64,000 bases of DNA. Origin: Kofleriaceae bacterium (GTDB lineage: Bacteria > Myxococcota_A > Polyangia > Haliangiales > Haliangiaceae). A model generated the notes under the pieces. The model searched no databases and had not been told where the DNA came from. It saw only the letters and a program-made list of their open reading frames with translations. Every line of letters starts with the position of its first letter. Position 1 is the stretch's first letter. Both the position numbers and the translations under genes were made by a program. Of this stretch, positions 56,903 through 64,000 are shown piece by piece. Location of the stretch: positions 438,105-502,104 of the forward strand of contig JACKDR010000001.1 in the NCBI GenBank assembly GCA_020633495.1, given 5' to 3'.

Positions 56903-59608
56903 ATGGGGATCGGCGTGACGCCGCGCGGCCAGCTGACGCTGGTCGACGACGGCGACCAGGCCCCGGTCGGCATCGAGGTCGCGGCGCGGTTGCGCGCCGG
57001 GTTCGCGGGTGGTGACGGCGCGGGCCTGGTCTGGCTCGGCACCGCCGAGGTGCGCACCACGCTGCCGGCGTCGCTCGGGTTCTGGCGCGACCTGGGGGCT
57101 CGCTACGTCGCGACGGTGTGCGCGCGCGGCGAAGACGCGGCGGTCACACCGGTCGCGCCTCCGGACCTCGAGACGCTGACCGCGCTCGCCGCCGCGGCAC
57201 CGCCGGCGCCCGGCGCCGAGTACGTCGACGCCGCGCTGCTCGACGCGGTCTGGCGCCGCCTCGACGACGCGTTCCGCGCCGAGGTCGACCGCACCCGAGG
57301 CGGGGTGGCGGCGCTGCTGCGGGCGCGTGACGCGGCCTGGCATCTGGTCGGGCGGGTCCACTTCAACCTCGCCGAGCACCGGGGCGACGACGACGCGCCG
57401 TTCGCGTTCCTGGCCACGTACACCACCAGCCTCAACCGTCAGGCGCGCGCGCAACACGTGCCGCTGGGCCAGGCGCTCCGCGACTACGCCGGGGCCCGGG
57501 CCCGGGCCCAGCTCCACGCCCTGCTGTCGCCGGTGCAGCGCGCCGCCGAGCGCTGCGCGTGGGTGGCGGAGCTGGTCGAGAGCGGCGACGTCTACCACCC
57601 GCTGCGCTGGAGCGCCGCCGAGGCGTCGCGCCTGCTCCGCGACGTGCCCGCCCTCGAGGCCGCGGGGGTGGTGGTGCGGATGCCGGCGGGCTGGGGTGGA
57701 GCCCGACCGCCGAGGCCGCAGGCGACCGTCACCGTCGGCAGCCGCGCGCCCGGCGGGCTCGGCCTCGACGCCCTGCTCGACTACCGCGCCGAGGTCTCGC
57801 TCGACGGAGAACCGCTCACCGACGACGAGCTCCGGGCGCTGCTCGACGGCGCCGACGGCCTGCGCCTGCTGCGCGGCCGCTGGGTCGAGCTCGATCGCGA
57901 GCAGCTCGCGGCAGCGCTCGATCGCCTCCGCGCCGCCGAGCGAGCCACCGCCGACGGCCTCAGCTTCGCCGAGGCCATGCGCCTGGTCGCCGGGGCGTCC
58001 CTCGCGGCTGACGACGCCGCGCCGCCCGAGGCCCGACCGCGCGTGGTGCCGGGCCCGTGGCTGGCCGAGACCCTCGCCGGGCTGCGCGCGCCCGACGGGC
58101 TCGCCGCGATCGAACCTGGCGAGGCGCTGCACGCCCGGCTGCGCCCGTACCAGGAGGTGGGCGTGCGCTGGCTGTATCTGCTGACCCGGCTGGGGCTGGG
58201 CGCCTGCCTCGCCGACGACATGGGCCTGGGCAAGACGATCCAGGTGATCGCGCTGCTGCTGGTGTCGCGCCGACCACGCGCCGCCACGCCCCCGAGCCTG
58301 CTGGTAGCGCCGGCGTCGCTGCTGGGCAACTGGACCGACGAGCTGGCGCGGTTCGCGCCCGGCCTGCGGGTGCGCATCGCCCACGCCTCGGCGATGCCCG
58401 CCGACCGGCTGACCGCCACGACGCCACCGGTGCTGCGCGACGTCGACCTGGTCATCACCAGCTACGGCACCCTGCCGCGGGTGCCGTGGCTGACCGCAGG
58501 CTCGTGGGACCTGCTGATCGTCGACGAGGCCCAGGCGATCAAGAACCCGGGCGCGCGCCAGACCCGCGCGATCAAGGCGCTGCGCGCGCGGGCGCGGATC
58601 GCGATGACCGGCACGCCGGTCGAGAACCGACTCGGCGACCTGTGGTCGATCTTCGACTTCCTCAACCCGGGGTTGCTGGGCACGGCGCGCCAGTTCACGA
58701 CCTTCACCCGCCAGCTCGACGCCGGCGGCTACGGCCCGCTGCGCGCCCTGATCCAGCCGTACGTGCTGCGCCGGCTCAAGTCCGATCGCCGGATCGTCGC
58801 CGATCTGCCGGACAAGACCGAGGTGATCGCCTACTGCGGCCTGTCGCCGCGCCAGGCGGCGTTGTACCAGCAGACCGTCGACGAGCTGGGCGGGACCCTG
58901 CGGCGCGCGAACGGCATGCAGCGCCGCGGCCTCGTGCTGGCGGCGCTGACGCGGCTCAAGCAGATCTGCAACCACCCCGCGCACGGGCTGGCCGGCGACG
59001 ACTGGCCCGAGGCCGACAGCGGCAAGCTGGGCCGGGTCCGCGAGCTGGCCGAGGTCGTCGCCGCCAAGCAGGAGCAGCTGCTGGTGTTCACCCAGTTCCG
59101 CGAGGCCACCACGCCACTGGCCGCGCTGCTCGCCAGCGTGTTCGGCCGCGACGGCGCGATCCTTCACGGCGGCACGCCGGTGGCGCAGCGCGCCCGACTG
59201 GTCCGACGCTTCCAGGACGGCGACGCGCCGTTCTTCGTGCTGTCGCTCAAGGCCGGGGGCACCGGGCTCAACCTGACCGCCGCCGCGCACGTCGTGCACT
59301 TCGATCGGTGGTGGAATCCGGCCGTCGAGGATCAGGCCACCGACCGCGCGTACCGCATCGGCCAGCACCGCAACGTCCTGGTCCACAAGCTGGTGTGCCG
59401 CGGCACCGTCGAGGAGAAGGTCGACGCCCTGATCGCCGGCAAGCGGGCCCTGGCCCGCGAGCTGCTCGAGGGCGACGGCGCCGCGGCGCTCACCGAGCTG
59501 TCCGACGCCGAGCTGATGGACCTGGTCGCGCTCGACCTCGGGCGCGCGATGGTCGAGGGTACCGGCAACGGCGCGGCGGCGAACCGCCGCAAGGAGCGAC
59601 GCACATGA
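56903..59608 (+). CDS. SNF2-family helicase/ATPase; start uncertain, could be as early as 56771
   Basis: SNF2_N DMGLGKT, DEAQAIKN, TGTPVEN; Helicase_C ...DRAYRIGQ. Confidence 0.85.
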   Translation: MGIGVTPRGQLTLVDDGDQAPVGIEVAARLRAGFAGGDGAGLVWLGTAEVRTTLPASLGFWRDLGARYVATVCARGEDAAVTPVAPPDLETLTALAAAAPPAPGAEYVDAALLDAVWRRLDDAFRAEVDRTRGGVAALLRARDAAWHLVGRVHFNLAEHRGDDDAPFAFLATYTTSLNRQARAQHVPLGQALRDYAGARARAQLHALLSPVQRAAERCAWVAELVESGDVYHPLRWSAAEASRLLRDVPALEAAGVVVRMPAGWGGARPPRPQATVTVGSRAPGGLGLDALLDYRAEVSLDGEPLTDDELRALLDGADGLRLLRGRWVELDREQLAAALDRLRAAERATADGLSFAEAMRLVAGASLAADDAAPPEARPRVVPGPWLAETLAGLRAPDGLAAIEPGEALHARLRPYQEVGVRWLYLLTRLGLGACLADDMGLGKTIQVIALLLVSRRPRAATPPSLLVAPASLLGNWTDELARFAPGLRVRIAHASAMPADRLTATTPPVLRDVDLVITSYGTLPRVPWLTAGSWDLLIVDEAQAIKNPGARQTRAIKALRARARIAMTGTPVENRLGDLWSIFDFLNPGLLGTARQFTTFTRQLDAGGYGPLRALIQPYVLRRLKSDRRIVADLPDKTEVIAYCGLSPRQAALYQQTVDELGGTLRRANGMQRRGLVLAALTRLKQICNHPAHGLAGDDWPEADSGKLGRVRELAEVVAAKQEQLLVFTQFREATTPLAALLASVFGRDGAILHGGTPVAQRARLVRRFQDGDAPFFVLSLKAGGTGLNLTAAAHVVHFDRWWNPAVEDQATDRAYRIGQHRNVLVHKLVCRGTVEEKVDALIAGKRALARELLEGDGAAALTELSDAELMDLVALDLGRAMVEGTGNGAAANRRKERRT

Positions 59609-60729
59609 GCTGGGGGAGCGGCTACGGATACGGCTGGGCACCGAGCAAGACCGTGGCGCAGCGGCGCGCCGAGGCCGCGCGAGCGATCGCCAAGGCGGCC
59701 ACGCGGGGCCGCGCCCTGGCGCCGGTGCGGATCGAAGGCCGCACCATCGCCCGCACGTTCTGGGGCAAGGCCTGGTGCGACAACCTCGAGCGGTACCAGG
59801 ATCTCGCCTACCGGCTCGACCGCGGGCGCAGCTACGTGCGCAGCGGGTCGGTGATCGACCTGCGGATCGGGGAGGGCCGGGTGGAGTCCCAGGTCCTGGG
59901 CAGCGATCGGTACCAGGTGGAGATCGACATCGACCGCCTCGACGCCAAGGTGTGGCGGGCGATCCAGCGCGACTGCGCCGGCAGCATCGGCTCGCTGGTC
60001 GAGCTGCTCGGCGGCGAGCTCTCCGACGCCGTGATGACGCGGCTGTGCGCCGACGGCAAGGGCCTGTTCCCGACGCCGCGGGCGATCCACATGAGCTGCA
60101 GCTGTCCGGACTACGCCACGATGTGCAAGCACGTCGCGGCGACCTTGTACGGCGTCGGCGCCCGGCTCGACGCCGAGCCGTCGATGCTGTTCACGCTGCG
60201 TGGCGTGACCACCGACGATCTGGTCGCCGCCGTGACCCGCGAGCTGCCGGCGGCGAGGCCGGCACGCGGCGGCGCGCGGGTGCTCGACGGCGGCGACGAC
60301 CTGGGCGCGATGTTCGGCATCGACCTCGCGAGCAGCGTCGGCGGGGACGACGCGGGCGACGCGGGCGACGCGGGCGACGCGGGCGACGCGGCGAAGGGGG
60401 CGAAGACGCCGAAGGCCAGGGCCAAGGCCAAGGCCAAGGCCAAGGGCAAGCCCAAGGCCGGGGCCAGGATCGGGACCAAGGCCGCGACCGGGAACAAGAA
60501 CGAGGTCGCGGCCAAGACCGCGGCCATGGCCAAGGCCAAGCCCAAGCCCAAGCCCAAGCCCAAGCCCAAGGCCAAGGCCAAGACCAAGCCCAAGACCAAG
60601 ACCAAGACCAAGACCGCGGCCAAGACCAAGACCAAGACCAAGACCGCGGCCGAGACCAAGACCAAGTCCAAGCCCAAAGCCAGGTCCAAGCCCAAGGCCG
60701 CGATCAGGACCAGCGCCCGGCCCCGGTGA
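59605..60729 (+). CDS. SWIM zinc-finger protein with (GDA)n and Lys/Pro/Ala/Thr-rich histone-like C-terminal tail
   Basis: ATG overlaps the helicase stop (ATGA), AAGGAG RBS; SWIM CSCPDYATMCKH; tail AKAKAKGKPK...KPKPKPKPK. Confidence 0.8.
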   Translation: MSWGSGYGYGWAPSKTVAQRRAEAARAIAKAATRGRALAPVRIEGRTIARTFWGKAWCDNLERYQDLAYRLDRGRSYVRSGSVIDLRIGEGRVESQVLGSDRYQVEIDIDRLDAKVWRAIQRDCAGSIGSLVELLGGELSDAVMTRLCADGKGLFPTPRAIHMSCSCPDYATMCKHVAATLYGVGARLDAEPSMLFTLRGVTTDDLVAAVTRELPAARPARGGARVLDGGDDLGAMFGIDLASSVGGDDAGDAGDAGDAGDAAKGAKTPKARAKAKAKAKGKPKAGARIGTKAATGNKNEVAAKTAAMAKAKPKPKPKPKPKAKAKTKPKTKTKTKTAAKTKTKTKTAAETKTKSKPKARSKPKAAIRTSARPR

Positions 60730-60848
60730 CGGGCCACGCGCTCGGCGCACCCACACCGGGCACCGGCGCCCGCGCGCAGAGCGGCCCGCTCGTCCGCAGA
60801 CGGGCTCGTCGCACCTGCACGGAGACCGCCCCGCGCAGACGCCCGCGC

Positions 60849-61280
60849 TCAGGTCAACGCGCGCTGCATCGCCTCGGCCTGCTCGCGCGTCGCCATCCCG
60901 AGGTGCAGCCGGTACTTCTTCGCCGCCTGCACGATCAGCAGCGGGTACTCGACGCCGCGGCTGTACGCGGAGCGCAGCTCGACGCCCTTGATCTCGGCGC
61001 GCGCGACGTAGACCGAGTGCTTGTCCTGCGCCACGTAGTCGGCCGGCGTCATCGTCGCCAGCCTGGCCTCGGCGGCCTCGATCTCGCGATCGTAGCGCTC
61101 GGCGATCTTGTCGATCATCTTGCGGGCCAGGGCCCCGGCGACGCCGACCGTGCGCACCTCGCGGGTCGCGTTGCCCGTGCACAGGAGGTACATGCCGTCA
61201 CGATCCCAGATCACGGTCCAGGTCCGCGCCCGCGCGATCAGGCCCGGCGGCGTCACGACGCGATCGATGCGCTCGCTCAT
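60849..61280 (-). CDS. hypothetical protein (144 aa)
   Basis: Protein-like composition from the internal start MSERIDRV; no family recognised. Confidence 0.4.
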   Translation of the reverse strand: MSERIDRVVTPPGLIARARTWTVIWDRDGMYLLCTGNATREVRTVGVAGALARKMIDKIAERYDREIEAAEARLATMTPADYVAQDKHSVYVARAEIKGVELRSAYSRGVEYPLLIVQAAKKYRLHLGMATREQAEAMQRALT

Positions 61281-61341
61281 CGGCGACGAGTAGAGCCCAC
61301 GGCGGCGCGGCGAGCAACGCCCGCCGCGCCGCCGCATCCGC

Positions 61342-62020
61342 TTACCAGTTACCCCGCTCGTAGTCGCGCAGCCGCCAGGTCCGGCCGTCGAGGTGATCGA
61401 CGACGGTCCCGTCCTGGCAGCGCACGGTGCGCCGCTTGTCGGCGCGCTCACCACGGCCGATCTGGGCGCGCCGGTCGCGCGCCCGGGCGTCGGCCACCCG
61501 CTCCGCCGCCAGCGCGACCAGCCGGGCCCGCAGGATCGCCAGCGCGCGCTCGCGATTGAACAGCTGCGACCGCTCGGACTCGCAGCGGACCCGCAGCCCG
61601 GTCGGCCGGTGCGTCAGTTGCACCGCGCTGTCGGTCTTCTGCAGGTGCTGACCGCCGCTGCCCGAGGCCCGGCACAGCGTCCACTCGAGGTCGGCGGCGC
61701 GCACCTCGACCGCCGCCGGCGCGACCTCGGGCAGGACCGCGACGGTGATGGTGCTCGAGTGCACGCGGCCCCGCTTCTCGGTGGGCGGCACGCGCTGCCA
61801 GCGGTGACCGCCGGCCTCGCCGGCGAACAGCGCCGCCGCGCCGCGCCCCGCGGCGCGGAAGACGATCAGCCCCGGGCGCTCGTCGACGAGCTCGAGGTCA
61901 AAGTCGCCTCCGCTCCCCGAGCTGGCCATAGATGCGCAGCTGCTCGCGCACCAGCAGGCGGGCGTCCGCGCCGCCCTCGGCGGCGCGGATCTCGACGATC
62001 ACGATCTCCTCGTTCGACAT
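61342..62020 (-). CDS. prfH: PrfH-like short class-I release-factor paralog (domains 2-4, GGQ) read through a +1 frameshift at CTT-TGA-C
   Basis: Frame 0 from ATG 62020 gives MSNEEIVIVEIRAAEGGADARLLVREQLRIYGQLGERRRL then TGA; the +1 frame continues DFDLELVDE...HRWQRVPPTEKRGRVHSSTITVAVLPE...SGSGGQHLQKTDSAVQLTH...SERSQ, matching E. coli PrfH as recalled. Confidence 0.65.
61897..61912 (-). promoter_or_regulatory. RF2-type +1 programmed ribosomal frameshift cassette: internal SD GGAGG, 3-nt spacer, CTT TGA C
   Basis: Minus-strand sequence ggg gag cgG AGG cga CTT TGA Cct; E. coli prfB has AGGGGG uau CUU UGA C. Confidence 0.6.
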
Positions 62021-62400
62021 CACGGATCTCCTTGTTCTCTGCTCGCTTCGCAAACGACTGCCAGGACGCTCGGCCGGTGGGCCGCGTCAAGGCTTGCGCG
62101 AAGGTGCAGACGAGATCGACATGACGAAGAGCTAGCTATCATGGGAGCGCGGGGCGCGCCAGGAGGAAGCGGAGGATGCAGTGCATGGGTGGGTGACCTC
62201 AGTCCTCCGGACTCATCGTCGCGCGAGTTGGATCTGCTGCCGCGAAGAGAACGTCTTGCTTCGAATCCGGTCCGTCCGTCTCGTCGCTATCGCGGCTCCC
62301 ATCCGTCCACAAGCGCGAGAGTCTAAGTTAGTTGATCGAACGTGCTCCAGATCTCGGTTCTTTGTTGCCCGCAACTCGGGTTCGCGGCCAGAATGCAGGC

Positions 62401-63153
62401 ATGTCGCGGAGTTCCATCGAGTGGACGGACGAGACGTGGAACCCGGTGACCGGGTGCGAGAAGGTCTCGCCTGGCTGCAAACACTGCTACGCGGAACGCT
62501 TTGCTGAGCGGTTCCGAGGCGTGGACGGTCATCCATACCAGCAGGGCTTCGATCCCCAGCTTCGCCCTGATCGAGTCGAACAACCGCGGGCCTGGAAGTC
62601 ACCACGCATGGTGTTCGTGAACAGCATGAGCGACCTATTTGGCGACTTTGTACCTGATTCGTATCTCGCGAAAGTCTTCAGGGTGATGCGAGACACGCCG
62701 CAGCACACGTACCAGATTCTGACGAAGCGCGCAGAACGCCTGGAGACATGGACGCGTTCGCAGCGCTGGCTCTTGACCGCGTCGAACATATGGCTCGGCG
62801 TATCTGTTGAGGACAGGAAGTACGGCGTTCCGCGGATCGGGCATCTTCAGAAAGCCAATGCCGCCTGTCGGTTTCTCTCTGTCGAGCCGTTGCTGGAAGG
62901 GCTTGGCACTCTCGACCTTGCGAAGATCGACTGGGTAATCGCGGGTGGAGAGAGCGGGCCCGGTGCGCGTCCGATGCAACTCGAATGGGTGCGTAGCGTC
63001 CGCGATCAGTGCATCAAGAAGCGGGTCGCGTTCTTCTTCAAGCAATGGGGGGGCGTCCAGAAACACCGAAGCGGCCGAGTGCTGGACGGTCGAACGTGGG
63101 ACGAGATTCCCGAAAGGTCTCGACTAGAACAGTCTCCCCTGGCCGCTCGGTAG
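62401..63153 (+). CDS. phage Gp37/Gp68-family protein (DUF5131, three-Cys motif) in a low-GC island
   Basis: SIEWTDETWNPVTGCEKVSPGCKHCYAE hallmark; local GC ~55-60% against ~73% for the window. Confidence 0.8.
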   Translation: MSRSSIEWTDETWNPVTGCEKVSPGCKHCYAERFAERFRGVDGHPYQQGFDPQLRPDRVEQPRAWKSPRMVFVNSMSDLFGDFVPDSYLAKVFRVMRDTPQHTYQILTKRAERLETWTRSQRWLLTASNIWLGVSVEDRKYGVPRIGHLQKANAACRFLSVEPLLEGLGTLDLAKIDWVIAGGESGPGARPMQLEWVRSVRDQCIKKRVAFFFKQWGGVQKHRSGRVLDGRTWDEIPERSRLEQSPLAAR

Positions 63154-63996
63154 CTTGGCGGTGATGCTGTTCCAGATCTTGTCGCCGAGCGAATCCTTGG
63201 ACGCGAAGACTAGGTGGTAGAGCACCACCTGTTGCATGTTCTTGATGGACGGGTACGTCACGTCCCCGCGCTCCGGGTAACCGAGCATGGCGAGTTGGCG
63301 GCGAAAGAGTGGAATCAGCAGGCGCACGTCGTCTCCATGGACGATGTCAACACCCCATCTCGAGCGCGGCAGACCCAGGAATCCCTCGAAGCGCTCGTGC
63401 TCGAGGAAGTTGCGCTTCATCGACCCAAGTGGAAAGTGGATAATGAGATCCATCCGGGGAAACGCGGCGAGCTTACGGATCGTCTCGAATTTCAGGTTAC
63501 TTGCCCCGAATGGATCGATCAGCGCGACCGCGAACCCGTTGGGTGGGATCTTGCCCACAACCTTGTCAATGGTCTGGTTGCAGTCTCCTCCGATGATCGT
63601 GACGCGTTTGTCCCCTTCGGTGCGCTTCTGAAGGGCGGCGATGTTCTCCTCATCGATGTCGCACAAGATAATGTCCGTGAAGCCGTGTTCCCGGTGCGGG
63701 ATGCTCGTCGCGATGAGGGGACTCCCGTCGATGAACTCCACTGGTTCACGGACGCGGGCCTTCCCTGGACCCGCGAAGAGATCGATCAACGCCGTGCCAC
63801 CCGTCCCTTTTGGGGGCATGAATCGCGCACGTACGTTGCGGGTCGCGGCGAGGTAATTGCGCAAATAGTGGTGCTTGTCCTTCGCCCACACTCCCACGCA
63901 CTGGACCGGGAGCTGATCGATCGGATCGACAGCGGCGGTGCAGTTGCCGTTCCTCTTCTCGCACTTCTTCATGTTGCCCACTCCAGGCATTAGCAT
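63124..63996 (-). CDS. TcmP-like three-Cys-motif partner protein, SAM-methyltransferase-like fold
   Basis: LIDLFAGPG (MTase motif I-like) and IDPFG (motif IV-like); convergent with the DUF5131 gene, overlapping it by 30 nt. Confidence 0.65.
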   Translation of the reverse strand: MLMPGVGNMKKCEKRNGNCTAAVDPIDQLPVQCVGVWAKDKHHYLRNYLAATRNVRARFMPPKGTGGTALIDLFAGPGKARVREPVEFIDGSPLIATSIPHREHGFTDIILCDIDEENIAALQKRTEGDKRVTIIGGDCNQTIDKVVGKIPPNGFAVALIDPFGASNLKFETIRKLAAFPRMDLIIHFPLGSMKRNFLEHERFEGFLGLPRSRWGVDIVHGDDVRLLIPLFRRQLAMLGYPERGDVTYPSIKNMQQVVLYHLVFASKDSLGDKIWNSITAKLPSGQGRLF

Positions 63997-64000
63997 ACGC

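Noticed and set aside
49244-59641. Giant ORFs 49244-53368(-), 51184-56199(+) and 53783-59641(-)
   Set aside because: Antisense or off-frame to the recognisable MoxR/DUF5682/vWA/SWIM/SNF2 genes; the composition is poly-R/G/A.
62240-62270. tRNA T-loop-like GCTTCGAATCC at the GC-content boundary (possible integration-site remnant)
   Set aside because: The flanking sequence does not form a T-stem or acceptor stem and there is no CCA end. Not supportable as a tRNA or att site.

Overview
The window is a high-GC (~72-73%) chromosomal segment, most likely from a Myxococcota genome. The basis is two esterases with MYXO-CTERM-type tails (Cys-rich stretch, hydrophobic helix, Arg-rich end), Ser/Thr kinases with PEGA or AAA+TPR architecture, an FHA/sigma-54 activator, and many lipoproteins. 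In a genome this GC-rich every frame gives long ORFs; the giant R/G/P/A-rich ORFs in the track are off-frame artefacts, and genes were called from recognisable protein families, signal peptides and start/RBS context. About 50 genes are called, mostly housekeeping and envelope functions: fumC, asnS, an acyl-CoA synthetase, a desaturase, an aldo/keto reductase, a POT transporter, a HisK/OmpR pair, a HIT protein, peptidases, and a two-SGNH-plus-MBOAT putative polysaccharide O-acetylation module. Points of most interest: (1) A ~12 kb block at 48.5-60.7 kb encodes a MoxR-like AAA_5 ATPase, a DUF5682-like protein, a vWA protein and a SWIM+HEAT protein, then a (GGCCGT)n/(GCCTCC)n tract, then an SNF2 helicase and a SWIM protein with a Lys/Ala-rich tail; this is a candidate NTP-dependent conflict system. 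(2) A short PrfH-like release-factor paralog is interrupted by a GGAGG-CGA-CTT-TGA-C cassette, the form of the RF2 +1 programmed frameshift signal. (3) A low-GC (~55-60%) island starts at ~62.1 kb and carries a Gp37/Gp68 (DUF5131, three-Cys) protein convergent with a TcmP-like methyltransferase-fold partner; it runs to the window edge. (4) There are dispersed palindromic intergenic elements and a family of GC-rich hexamer minisatellites (CCCGTG/GGCACG) in both intergenic and coding DNA. (5) Besides the prfH-like site there are two further apparent frame disruptions (three frame switches in all), in the large STK-AAA-TPR gene and in the SWIM-HEAT gene. No rRNA, tRNA or CRISPR array was recognised.
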